A stretch of DNA of 51,121 nucleotides from a virus (taxonomy: Duplodnaviria; Caudoviricetes). Of the stretch, positions 29,501 through 37,961 are shown one piece after another (the stretch's first letter is position 1; each line of letters starts with the position of its first letter). The translations under genes and the position numbers were made by a program. The DNA is taken from IMG/VR virus record IMGVR_UViG_3300033076_000672, positions 1 to 51,121 of that record, one strand, 5' to 3'. A model generated the notes under the pieces. The model had not been told where the DNA came from, ran no database searches, and saw nothing but the letters and a program-made list of their open reading frames with translations.

Positions 29501-32500
29501 CTTAGCTTTGCTGGCAACGGCGCTAGCACTACGGTTACTGTGAAGTTCAAGAGCGGCGAGACCAAGGAGCTGTCTGTTGCCGCGGCCAAACTGGAGAAAA
29601 CCAATGCCGTTCAAGAGCCAAGCGCAGAGGAAGTTTCTGTTCGCCAACGAGCCCGAGGTGGCAAAGCGGTGGGCGAAGGAGACACCGAAGGGGGCAAAGC
29701 TGCCGCCGAAGGTAAGCCAGCCGCCGAAGAAATCCGCACCCCGCAAGAGCAGTGGGAAGCGCTAGCCGATAGCACCCCCGGCATGCCGCCCTATGAGTCG
29801 CTGACCAAAGAGGAACGCACTCGCTGGGATGATCTGGCACACCGTGGCGTGGCCAACCTGTCTGCTGCTAATGAGATTGTTGGTGGTAGTAATCCTCTCG
29901 CAAGCCGTAGCCGTAACTTCATAGAGTTTGAAGACGTTGAAGCGCAGGTTAGTGGGATTGACGACATCCGTGATGAGCTGGCCGATCTCGGAATTGAGAA
30001 CGCGCTCGACTTTATTAGCGACTGGGAGCTGATCAGCGACAACTCTAAGGACGCGTTCCATGGGCTGCTGCGCTCGGATAATGGTCGCTACAACGCCACA
30101 GTGAACTTGGCCAAGGCTGATACTCCCGGCTACGCAGCAGAAGTGGCAATGCACGAGATTGGGCATGCAGTTGATATGGCCCCGCACGGCGGTGTATATT
30201 CTGGCCAGCCGGAGATGAGCGTGTCGCTTAAGGACGGGGTAGTTACTCCCGTAGGCAAGATAGCTCGTGAACTGCACGCGCTGTATAAATCTATGCCGGC
30301 GGTGCAAAAGTTTCTGGAGTATCCGTTTAATGCGAAAGCGCATAAGGAACTGGACTCCAACTCCATCATAGAGATGGAACTGTTTGCCCAAATCTTTGCG
30401 CTGTACAGCCGGGCTAAGAGCCGGGCTTTCCTAGAACAACACGCCCCTCAGACAGCGGCGTTTATGAAAGAGGTCGTCAATGACATCAAGTCTACAAGAG
30501 CGCTTCAAGTCCAGAAGGCAGAAACTGCAGCGAAGCGCACCCTTGCGTTCCGCAATCGCGGTGCCGCCGGAGGCAATCAAGGCGCGGCTCGAGTTCCTGG
30601 ACTCCCTCGACGAGAAGGGCCAACTGCGCTCGCAAGCCGGAGCAAAGAAAGCCTGATCGGGGAGCTGCCGCCGGCAGCTCAAAAGCCGGTGCGCAACAGC
30701 ATCGCGTCCATCACGGACTTCGCCAACAAAGCGATTGACCGCGTGGTATTTACTAGCGACTTGCTGAGCCGCGCTGTGGACGCTGGCGTCTCCTCGGCTA
30801 AGAAATTTGAGCGCTTGCTGGCCGAGCGTGGCACCAAGGCCCGTGCGCTGGAGCGGGGTGTCGAGCGCATCGCTGACCAGTACGCTACGCTGCCTGAGAA
30901 AGACAAAGGTACTGGCCCCAACAGCGTCAACCAGTTTTTGTTCGACTCCACTCGCACCATGAAATGGGGCTACGGCAAATACCGCGACGCCGAGATGGGT
31001 GCCCGCTTCGATGCGCTGGACCCCAAGAGCCAGGCGTTCATCAAGGCAGTGTTTGCCCACGGGGACAAGATTCTGTCCCAGAAAAAGCAGACCGTCTTGG
31101 ACTACGCTTCATCTGAGTACGATGCGCTGATTGCAGCAACCACGGACCCCAAGGAACTGGCCAAGCTGAAAGCCGACAAGGCTGCAGACCTGAAAAAGTT
31201 TGCGTCGATGTTTGCCATTCGTGAGGGTAAACCCTACGCTCCAATCAAGCGCATGGGCGATTATGTGGTTGTCGCCAAGTCTGAAGCGTACCGCAAGGCG
31301 GAAGAGCTTAATGACACCGCTGCCCTGAACCGGTTCAAGGCTGACCCTGACCACTACCATGTGAGCTTTACCCAGACCAAGTCGGAGGCTCGTGCGTTGG
31401 CTGACCAGCTGCGTGAACAGGGCTTCTTCGGCGCTTCCCCGGACGCCGTGGACTTCTTTGAGAAGACCAAGTTTGGCCGCGATGAGATGGCCAACAACAG
31501 CACACTGGATGCGCTGACACGCCTGCGCTCAGTTATCAATGCCCGCGCCGCAGAGGGCGACAAGAGCGCCGCAGCAATGCAGACTTTGGTAACAGACTTG
31601 TTCTTGCAGAACCTGTCCGAGAACAGCGCCCGCAAGTCGGAGATGCGCCGCCGCGGTGTTGCAGGCGAAGTGGACATGCTTCGCTCGTTTGCTTCTCAGG
31701 GGCGGGCCGATGCGCAGTTCCTCGCTTCTATTGAGATGAACCCGCAAGTGCAGGACGCAGTCCAAGAAATGCGCGCGCAAGTTAAGCAAGGCGGCAATCG
31801 CGACCGCAAGTCTGAGCTGATGAATGAGATCATGGCCCGCTACGAAAAGTCGCTGGCCCGTGGGGACACCCCGACGATCGACAAGCTGACGCGTTTGAGC
31901 TCAATCTGGTATCTGGCCACTAGCCCTGCATACTATTTCCAGAACTTGACGCAACCGTGGATGATGTCGGTACCGGCGATGGCTGGGCGGCACAACTACA
32001 GCAGCTCGTCGACTGCGCTGTTCAAAGCTTACTCTGAGCTTGGCCCGCTCATGAAGTCCGCCAAACTGTTCGAGCAGCAATTTGATTTCTCCAAAGTGCC
32101 CGCCGACGTACGCGCTGCTATCCAAGAGCTGGCCAACCGCGGCAAGATCGACATTGGCCTGGAGACGGAACTCGGTGAATTCAAGATTGACGGTAGCGGC
32201 GCGCTTACGGATCGCTGGAACAAAGTCGACAAGGGCATGCGTATCGCAGTTCAAAAGGTTGAGGCTATCAACAGGTTGTCCACAGCCATTGCTGCGTATC
32301 GCCTGGAGCTGGCCAAGACTGGCAGCGCTGAAAAAGCCCTGGACTACGCTGACCGCATCCTGACTGAGACCCATGGTGACTACACCGCGTTTAACTCCCC
32401 GCGTGTGTTTAACAACCCCGTGGGCAAGGTGGCACTGCAGTTCCGCAAGTTCCAGCTGATTCAGTTGACGTTCTACGCCAAGCTGATCCGTGATGCCTAT

Positions 32501-33388
32501 GAAGGCAAAGACCGTGCGATGGCTTTGAAAACTCTGGCGTACTCGCTTGGCCACACCGGCATGCTGGCTGGTGTCATGGGCTTGCCCGGTTACGCTGCGA
32601 TTTCGGCGATTTTGGGCGCACTGCTCGGCGATGACGACGAAGAATACGATCTGACCAAAGAGCTGCGCACTATGATAGGTGACGAGGATATCGCCAACCT
32701 GATTCTGCGCGGAGCGCCCACCATCGCTGGTATGGACTTGTCTGGCAAAGTCGGCGCGGGCAACATGCTCTCCATCATGCCGTTTAGCAACGCTGACCTG
32801 ACAACCAAGTCCGGCGTGTATGAAGCGCTTGGTCAGTTGCTGGGCGGTGCGGCTGCGGGTATGGCAGCCAAGTTTGCCGATGGCTTGGGTTTGATGTTGT
32901 CGGGCGACTGGTACAAGGGCCTGGAGCAAATGCTGCCGAAAGGCCTGGCAGATCCGATGAAAGCCGCTCGCATTGCCAACGAAGGTATGACTCGCCGCAA
33001 CGGTGACGTGGTGCTGCCTGAATCGGAAATCTCCAGCTTGGACGCTGTGTGGCAGGCTATCGGGCTTTCCCCCGTGAAGCAGGCTGTGGTTTATGAGCGC
33101 CAGCAGAACATCCGCGACGTGGGGCAGAAGTTTCAGGACCGCTCGACGGAGATCAAGAACCGCTACACCAAGGCTGCCAAGTCTGGGGATACCGCGGAAA
33201 TGGCTGCGCAACGCGAAGCTTGGGCCAAGCTGCAAGCTGCCCGTATGAACAGTGGGTACACCCGTCAGCCAATGTCTGAACTGCTCAAAGCGCCGCAAGA
33301 CCAAGCCAAGCGCGAGCGTCAGACCGTGGGCGGCGTCCAGTACAACAAGGCCAACCGCGCCGCGGTGCTGGCAGAAGCTAACCTGTAA
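26597..33388 (+). CDS. Giant polyvalent ejection protein (Tudor-like, zincin HExxH, PLxRFG-like and LPD-like C-terminal region)
   Basis: 2263 aa. Tudor-like segment at 29450-29599, HEIGH at 30152-30166, PYAPIKRMG near 31232. Last large gene of the virion module. Confidence 0.8.
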   Translation: MATLDQLRSLFPNAATDADVITQAADRYGISPAEIASEVGYSQSRSGLTGQQFSSAIDRYQAGLYGVGEAALGALGAESASGWMAAQRRENELRADLASERAREMGAVQEWKDVHGIGDFGSYAKGLAIQSVPYAAEALAGGLVTRGLMSGTRAALAGAQTVEELAAAKKALNIGSTVGGVAASYPSAVGDVLSNQREEGQTNFGAAAALGVPYAALNAFGVEGALSRGMGARAVNMLDRTTGVTGAALRTGSSMAKSGAQEAVGETLQEVTNQLGRMAVNPNVSLTDEAALERYKESAIGGAVLGGAFGSVGGWRRSSSFLPGSNQSGETPTTPDAPKNEISQEFTAKSEASAENLMAGLAGQPNLLGGRAGLYEGATVPAPPVVAGGETDVAFAQQQANAENQATQAALQQQATRERIYSEFGIADPQNPTKGNLFGKPIYGPAVPAVADAVAAVTQNMTPTQLAIAQAVNQASAATGNMMLNYQFNANDPVKSVQKAFDAVGKVATGLQIGHVQSVDEAAQILNEQSNSLKGQKLDQLNAVYSALTGEDTAGYIAAQQPKATKGAKDGKLQLQTNAGVGEVPVQGGAGEAISGGAGAVRPAQVQPVGAGSVGAGPTGQQAGQPTAGGVRTGTSADTGVGVSEPVGQGQGPGQVNEQPAETVGQTTQTAVQPAGQGATAPSMGQPAGRTQAVPEVGQVSTAAEVLADRMEAIADEAMQLLVPPTSRMDEATAQKQRDFIFTLLVNGPYDSLAVMAADFGIKESQAKDWSAKAKAMQDDPTKLAAAFRAVADQHGITVAELMDGIGVKAAQEAAQAPEQVVAGTERELIDEGLEVKGRKSGESLQERYNKVETNQAKYLRLSEQLEAAENDGDEEAAARISAELDAVLAKGVEQSDKRSKRAAPKAAKAKTEAPTTAAEELSEDKRKAQEAEAAKLRAEIAAKTAAERKGLEVGDTVVNPKLGTGTVLSFAGNGASTTVTVKFKSGETKELSVAAAKLEKTNAVQEPSAEEVSVRQRARGGKAVGEGDTEGGKAAAEGKPAAEEIRTPQEQWEALADSTPGMPPYESLTKEERTRWDDLAHRGVANLSAANEIVGGSNPLASRSRNFIEFEDVEAQVSGIDDIRDELADLGIENALDFISDWELISDNSKDAFHGLLRSDNGRYNATVNLAKADTPGYAAEVAMHEIGHAVDMAPHGGVYSGQPEMSVSLKDGVVTPVGKIARELHALYKSMPAVQKFLEYPFNAKAHKELDSNSIIEMELFAQIFALYSRAKSRAFLEQHAPQTAAFMKEVVNDIKSTRALQVQKAETAAKRTLAFRNRGAAGGNQGAARVPGLPRREGPTALASRSKESLIGELPPAAQKPVRNSIASITDFANKAIDRVVFTSDLLSRAVDAGVSSAKKFERLLAERGTKARALERGVERIADQYATLPEKDKGTGPNSVNQFLFDSTRTMKWGYGKYRDAEMGARFDALDPKSQAFIKAVFAHGDKILSQKKQTVLDYASSEYDALIAATTDPKELAKLKADKAADLKKFASMFAIREGKPYAPIKRMGDYVVVAKSEAYRKAEELNDTAALNRFKADPDHYHVSFTQTKSEARALADQLREQGFFGASPDAVDFFEKTKFGRDEMANNSTLDALTRLRSVINARAAEGDKSAAAMQTLVTDLFLQNLSENSARKSEMRRRGVAGEVDMLRSFASQGRADAQFLASIEMNPQVQDAVQEMRAQVKQGGNRDRKSELMNEIMARYEKSLARGDTPTIDKLTRLSSIWYLATSPAYYFQNLTQPWMMSVPAMAGRHNYSSSSTALFKAYSELGPLMKSAKLFEQQFDFSKVPADVRAAIQELANRGKIDIGLETELGEFKIDGSGALTDRWNKVDKGMRIAVQKVEAINRLSTAIAAYRLELAKTGSAEKALDYADRILTETHGDYTAFNSPRVFNNPVGKVALQFRKFQLIQLTFYAKLIRDAYEGKDRAMALKTLAYSLGHTGMLAGVMGLPGYAAISAILGALLGDDDEEYDLTKELRTMIGDEDIANLILRGAPTIAGMDLSGKVGAGNMLSIMPFSNADLTTKSGVYEALGQLLGGAAAGMAAKFADGLGLMLSGDWYKGLEQMLPKGLADPMKAARIANEGMTRRNGDVVLPESEISSLDAVWQAIGLSPVKQAVVYERQQNIRDVGQKFQDRSTEIKNRYTKAAKSGDTAEMAAQREAWAKLQAARMNSGYTRQPMSELLKAPQDQAKRERQTVGGVQYNKANRAAVLAEANL
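28305..28565 (+). CDS. Overprinted +1-frame ORF A (86 aa) inside the giant gene
   Basis: AAAGGAG SD 6 nt before the ATG; MENCNCKQMPGWEKF... Confidence 0.5.
   Translation: MENCNCKQMPGWEKFQSKAEQEKQSLEELGLYDPLKFNPSEQEVSERDRLASKLDSRQQAEYGQAPVQTPVLAYPSLSGRGKGRGK
28566..28697 (+). CDS. Overprinted +1-frame ORF B (43 aa)
   Basis: ATG directly follows the TAA of ORF A; MNSPQKPSAKPPKPQYSPQAKEQLRQAWVNLPGVLKPYLKSGK. Confidence 0.4.
   Translation: MNSPQKPSAKPPKPQYSPQAKEQLRQAWVNLPGVLKPYLKSGK
29604..29765 (+). CDS. Overprinted +1-frame ORF C (53 aa, MPFKSxAQR-type small phage protein)
   Basis: GGAG SD; MPFKSQAQRKFLFANEPEVAKRWAKETPKG resembles a small phage protein type I recognise as a stand-alone gene. 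Confidence 0.65.
   Translation: MPFKSQAQRKFLFANEPEVAKRWAKETPKGAKLPPKVSQPPKKSAPRKSSGKR
30480..30656 (+). CDS. Overprinted +1-frame ORF D (58 aa)
   Basis: GAGGT SD; MTSSLQERFKSRRQKLQ...PPEAIKARLEFLDSLDEKG. Confidence 0.45.
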   Translation: MTSSLQERFKSRRQKLQRSAPLRSAIAVPPEAIKARLEFLDSLDEKGQLRSQAGAKKA

Positions 33389-33398
33389 GGAGTGAAAG

Positions 33399-33659
33399 AT
33401 GGCCAAGACACCAGCATGGCAACGCAAAGAAGGAAAAAATCCCGAGGGCGGTCTGAACGCCAAGGGGCGTGCGTCTTACAACAAGGCTAACCCAGGCAAG
33501 CCGGGGCTGAAGCCACCAGCCCCACATCCAAAAACGGAGAAAGACGCTAAGCGCCGGGATTCGTTCTGTGCCCGTATGTCTGGCATGCCCGGGCCTATGA
33601 AAGATGAGAAGGGTAAGCCTACGCGCAAAGCGTTGTCCCTCAAGGCTTGGAACTGCTGA
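33399..33659 (+). CDS. Small basic protein (DUF6321-like)
   Basis: AWQRKEGKNPEGGLNAKGRASY...RRDSFCARM...WNC; AAGGAG SD. Confidence 0.75.
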   Translation: MAKTPAWQRKEGKNPEGGLNAKGRASYNKANPGKPGLKPPAPHPKTEKDAKRRDSFCARMSGMPGPMKDEKGKPTRKALSLKAWNC

Positions 33660-33692
33660 AATAAAAAACCCCCGGCGGGTTAGGCCGGGGGT
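33660..33692 (-). terminator. Terminator at the convergence of the two arms
   Basis: ACCCCCGGC/GCCGGGGGT stem with a T-run on the - strand. Confidence 0.85.
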
Positions 33693-33717
33693 AATCCCTT
33701 CCGAGGAGAAACCAGGG

Positions 33718-36705
33718 TCACTGGCCAGCGGATGATACCGCATGTTGCACATTTGCAACAGTAGCTGGACCCGAAGTTTTGTCCACTGCGCCTTCCATCG
33801 CATCGAAGTCAAAGGCATACACTGCGGCAGATCCCGTGGTGAACGCTGTCCCCCGCCCGATGTTGAACCGCTCCGAGAATGGCACGAGCCACTTGACGCT
33901 CTTGCAGTAGTCCAACACGGTCTTGGGGTCGACACGGTTCTTGGCGCACCAGTCGTTGAACTCCCGCTTAGCCACAAACAGCTTGCCCACCACTTTGGGG
34001 TCCACCTTCTCGGTGCTGTTGGGGCTTGCAATACCCAGCACACGCCGGCCTGCCGGTGTTCCGATCACGCGGGACATGCTCTCTTCCGGGCCTCGTGCGT
34101 CGGTACGGGTGTCGCGGTACGTCGCTGTCACGATGATGCGGTTGGACAAATCACGAACCATACGGCCCATCGCGTCTTCCGGCGTCGTGACGTTGGACGT
34201 CACCACGGTGCCCATCAGGTCGTGCATCAGGCGGTTGGTGAAGTCTTCCAGACCAGCGTAGTCAAAGTCCACGATGCCGAGGTCGATAAGAATCCGGGCA
34301 GCTGTCAGTGTGCATGTCGCGTGGTTGCGGAAGAACCGATACTCCGATTGCGGCATCAGCTGGTTCATTCGCTTGTTAATCGAGCTGAACAACTTGGCCA
34401 CATCGTTTTGGTTGGCCACCACAAATCGCAGGAACGCGTCGCCAGCATGGCCGCTGTTTGCTCGCATTTCTTCCAGGGCGTCCGAAGCCAGACTGGCCGG
34501 TTTGAGGATGGGCACCCCGTAGGTTGCGAAGTTCACGCTGATCATACGAACAGCCTCGGCCTGCGTGTTGGCATTGAACTGAGCGAGCTTGGCGTGCATG
34601 TCTTCGTTGGCCGTCAACCCCACGACTGATCGCCACGTATGCTGGGTGGCAAGGCTGACCTTACCACCACTGGATGTCATGCGGGAACGTTCCACACCTT
34701 GGGTGACGGTGTACGCCAGCTGGCTCAGGTCGGATGCTTCCATGTCGGTCATCTCGTCCAGCACGATAGGCAGGTTCTTGTGTGTACCGATCTTGCCCCA
34801 GCGAGCGTTATCAGTTGCACCCTTCTTGCCGCCTAACACCATCTTGTTGGCATCGCACAAGCCATACAGTGCGGCCTTCCACACCGTGGTCTTGCCCATA
34901 CCGGACTGAGTGCTGTTGACGGCCACGAGCGCGCCGTTGTAGCTGTCTTCGCCGAACGGTGTCAGGATGGAACCATACACGTTGCAGAACACGTACTGCG
35001 CTGCTTCGCTACTGGCACGGTTGTACAGGAAGTTCACTGCCTTGGTGTATCCGGCAAGTGACCCGCGGGGCTCCGCATAGATATGCGACTCACCGGCAGC
35101 TGCGCCACCGACGTACACCTTGCGGACAGAGCCATCAGAGTGATACAGGCGCTCACCAAGGAGGAAACCCTCCATGTTGTCTCGCCAGCCAAAGCTGGTC
35201 AGAGTGTCGACCTCGCGCTGCTCGGTCATGAGTTTGTGGATGGAGTCGCGCAAATACGCTGTCAGGTGCATAGTAGCGTCCTTGTTGTTGGTCGGCATCA
35301 GCTCGAATCTGGACAGAGCCTTGAGCAGGTCTGTCGAAGACGCCAGCGACGCGGTGTCAACTTCAAAGTCACGGATGCGCTTGTCAGGCAAGTGCATCCG
35401 GATAGTAAAAGCATACGTACCGTCCACGCGGCGGATACGCTGGATCGGGTAGAACAAGGCCAAGCAGAACGTGTACGGCTGGTTGATCCCGTCCTTGTCC
35501 ATCACCACGCGGACCATGTGCCCGTTCGTGTATGCGTAGCTTGCTGGCAGCGCAGGAACAGTTGTCTCGACCTCGTGCCCCTCGTCAGTCTGGGCTTCCA
35601 TTACTTGCTCAGTGGTCTCGGGAGCCACACGCCCCAGCTGGATCGGGGAAGTAATCTTGCCCTTGTGGGGGCAGCTAGCGCATGCGGTCGGGTTGCAAGC
35701 TTCCAGCGCCGCGCAGGTAGCTGGTCCCTTGTCCCAGGTCTCATAGCGGGTCAGCACATCGGTGTTGCTGTGGCCAGTCTCACCACGGCGCTCACTCCAT
35801 TGGGCGGCCAGCTCGTAGCCTTCAGTACAGTGTTTAATAACGCCAATGACGCTCCACCAATGCTGGTAGCTCACGTCACCCTGTGTGTCACGCATTGCGG
35901 CCATCTGCGCGCAGTGGTTAGCAGCCTCATCAGCCGAAGATTCAACTTGCGGCCCCAGGTGCGCGGTCAGGTCGTCATTAAGTCCTGCGAATGCGGCGTA
36001 CTTATTAGTGGAGGGCAGCTCGACCGACTGAGTAATTTCCCTAAGTACGGTCAGTAGGTTCGCCGGGTCCGTAAAAGTAGGAGCTGTCTTGGCCACGACT
36101 TCCCGAGGATCACGTCCGGGCTTGCGGTTATGCGTGCCCACAGGTCGCAGTACCGACGACAGATCAGCAGTACGGGTTGGGTCAACCAGCAGGCCCGCGT
36201 CCTTGAAAGCCGCCTTGAGCATCGTGGCCATCGTCACCCAGCTGTTCGGACCGATCGACTTGGTCAGAGGCCAGTAGCAATGGATACCACCGCCAGAGTC
36301 CACGATCATCGGAGCGGGAAGACCCTTTGTAGAGCAGAACCCACGGATGGCTTTGGCAGCTTCGCCCTTGGTGGCGTAGCCAGAACCTTCAGCAGCCTTT
36401 TTCTCGCCGCAGTCAATGTCGGCCCAGAACGCCTTAGCCTTGAACCAGTTGGGCTGGCCGCGGTACTTGGTCTTGGGCTTGCCTTCAAAGTCGGTGCCCT
36501 CGAAGCTGGGGGCCTTGTAAGCGGCGCAAGCGTGGTAGACGGTCAGGTTCTCCTGCACGTCGTAGGAGTCAATGGCCTCGGCCATGACTTCCAGGGATTC
36601 ATAGGCCTTATGGGCAAGGCCCTGCCGGCCCGCCCTGCCAAGAGCTACAAACTTGTAGCCATCCTCTGGGAGGATTGTTTGAAGGAACTCAAGGGTGTTC
36701 ATCAC
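33718..36705 (-). CDS. DNA primase-helicase (AEP/RepB-like primase, PriCT-like domain, DUF927-type helicase)
   Basis: FWADIDC, DSGGGIHCYW and VLRPVGT primase motifs; CxxCPH; Walker A QSGMGKT and Walker B IVLDE. Confidence 0.88.
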   Translation of the reverse strand: MMNTLEFLQTILPEDGYKFVALGRAGRQGLAHKAYESLEVMAEAIDSYDVQENLTVYHACAAYKAPSFEGTDFEGKPKTKYRGQPNWFKAKAFWADIDCGEKKAAEGSGYATKGEAAKAIRGFCSTKGLPAPMIVDSGGGIHCYWPLTKSIGPNSWVTMATMLKAAFKDAGLLVDPTRTADLSSVLRPVGTHNRKPGRDPREVVAKTAPTFTDPANLLTVLREITQSVELPSTNKYAAFAGLNDDLTAHLGPQVESSADEAANHCAQMAAMRDTQGDVSYQHWWSVIGVIKHCTEGYELAAQWSERRGETGHSNTDVLTRYETWDKGPATCAALEACNPTACASCPHKGKITSPIQLGRVAPETTEQVMEAQTDEGHEVETTVPALPASYAYTNGHMVRVVMDKDGINQPYTFCLALFYPIQRIRRVDGTYAFTIRMHLPDKRIRDFEVDTASLASSTDLLKALSRFELMPTNNKDATMHLTAYLRDSIHKLMTEQREVDTLTSFGWRDNMEGFLLGERLYHSDGSVRKVYVGGAAAGESHIYAEPRGSLAGYTKAVNFLYNRASSEAAQYVFCNVYGSILTPFGEDSYNGALVAVNSTQSGMGKTTVWKAALYGLCDANKMVLGGKKGATDNARWGKIGTHKNLPIVLDEMTDMEASDLSQLAYTVTQGVERSRMTSSGGKVSLATQHTWRSVVGLTANEDMHAKLAQFNANTQAEAVRMISVNFATYGVPILKPASLASDALEEMRANSGHAGDAFLRFVVANQNDVAKLFSSINKRMNQLMPQSEYRFFRNHATCTLTAARILIDLGIVDFDYAGLEDFTNRLMHDLMGTVVTSNVTTPEDAMGRMVRDLSNRIIVTATYRDTRTDARGPEESMSRVIGTPAGRRVLGIASPNSTEKVDPKVVGKLFVAKREFNDWCAKNRVDPKTVLDYCKSVKWLVPFSERFNIGRGTAFTTGSAAVYAFDFDAMEGAVDKTSGPATVANVQHAVSSAGQ

Positions 36706-36953
36706 ACCCCCGTGATGATTCGCTTGTCTTGGGCCTCGGCACCGACCTTGATGGTCATGCCAATGTGGTTAGCGGCAACTTGCGCAAGTTCTTTGGCCTG
36801 CACGCCGTTCTCGCAGGCTTCCACGATGATGCGGCCAATCAGTTCGGCCAAGCCAAGGATGACTTCTCCGTGGTTGAAATCTTTGCCCGACAGCGCTTGG
36901 TTCGTCTCAATAACAACGCCCGCAACTTTTCTCTGGTCAATTTGGTATGACAT
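36702..36953 (-). CDS. Hypothetical protein
   Basis: 83 aa; GGAG SD; coupled to the primase gene. Confidence 0.75.
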   Translation of the reverse strand: MSYQIDQRKVAGVVIETNQALSGKDFNHGEVILGLAELIGRIIVEACENGVQAKELAQVAANHIGMTIKVGAEAQDKRIITGV

Positions 36954-36965
36954 CTACAGCTCCAG

Positions 36966-37012
36966 AAATAAAAAGCCCCGAAGGGCCACGCACGTTGGGG
37001 GCCGAAGCCCCC
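36966..37012 (-). terminator. Double UUCG hairpin/terminator after SSB
   Basis: GGGGGC-TTCG-GCCCCC, then GCCC-TTCG-GGGC followed by TTTTATTT on the - strand. Confidence 0.8.
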
Positions 37013-37019
37013 ATTCGTT

Positions 37020-37937
37020 TTAGTCGTCGAAGTTCAGGTCGTCGAGATCCAGGCTCGGCACTTCTGTGTCTTCGGGGGCAACCGGCTTAGGTTCTGCCGG
37101 TTTGGCTTTGGGCGCAGCAGCTTTCGGGGCAGGAGCAGCCTCAACCTTGGCGGCCTTGGGTGGCTCGCCAACCAGATCAGCTGTAGAGTCCGGCTCGGCA
37201 GCCGGAGCGCCTTCACTCACGAAACCAGAACCCAGAATGGCTTGCACCACGTCGCCAGCAGCAGTTTCTTGGACTTCGGCAAACGCCTTGTCGTTGAGGA
37301 AACCCGTAGCCTTGAACGTCAGCTTGGGGGTGGGGGAGTCCATCTCGAAGCCGATCTTGGTGACTACTGCGGAGTAAGGCACACCGCGCTTAGCCAGAGC
37401 CTTGCCGTACTCGCCCAGAGCTTTGATGGTGGCCGGGGGCACACGCAGCAGGTAGGGGTCGTTGATCAGATCAGGTGTCGCGATGGCCATACGCACAGAG
37501 TCAGCACAGGCTTTACCCTTGCCGCCGTTGTCACCGATCTTGGAGCCCCACTGGTTATGCGGGCAGGCAGCGCAGGACTTGGCTTGAGGGTTCTGGATAC
37601 CAGCGTCGGGGTGGGTGCCGTTGTTGGAGAAGCAGTCAGGCTTCTGGTTCTCAGCACCGTCTTGATAGCCCTTGAGGTAGAACACTTTGGAGTTCTGCTT
37701 GTTGGCTTTGATCAGCACCACGTCGATTGAAGGAGCGGGAATTTCCTCGCCGTCCACGGACTTGGTCAGCACAGTGCGCTCGCCGTCACGGACCACGGCA
37801 AAGACTTTGCCCTTGATCGAGATGATGGGGAAGCCTGTACCAGCATGTGCCGTCAGGTCGTCGTTGAGTCCTTGCACATTGGCGGACTTGAGGTAGGCGG
37901 GAAGGTTGGCGGATTCAAAAGGGATGATGTTACTCAT
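37020..37937 (-). CDS. Single-stranded DNA-binding/annealing protein
   Basis: PDCFS...CAACPHNQWGS...GKAC motif; acidic tail LDDLNFDD; inside the replication module. Confidence 0.75.
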   Translation of the reverse strand: MSNIIPFESANLPAYLKSANVQGLNDDLTAHAGTGFPIISIKGKVFAVVRDGERTVLTKSVDGEEIPAPSIDVVLIKANKQNSKVFYLKGYQDGAENQKPDCFSNNGTHPDAGIQNPQAKSCAACPHNQWGSKIGDNGGKGKACADSVRMAIATPDLINDPYLLRVPPATIKALGEYGKALAKRGVPYSAVVTKIGFEMDSPTPKLTFKATGFLNDKAFAEVQETAAGDVVQAILGSGFVSEGAPAAEPDSTADLVGEPPKAAKVEAAPAPKAAAPKAKPAEPKPVAPEDTEVPSLDLDDLNFDD

Positions 37938-37961
37938 CTTGGGTTCTCCAGTGGTTAGGGA

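Noticed and set aside
27420-29543. Other +1-frame ORFs in the giant gene (27420-27947, 28743-29003, 29013-29543)
   Set aside because: No good SD-plus-start pairing and the translations look like off-frame noise. They show the +1 frame can be open by chance, which is the caveat for the nested-gene finding.
31901-33463. 520-aa antisense ORF, and 27272-28693, over the giant gene
   Set aside because: Shadow ORFs without recognisable protein features.
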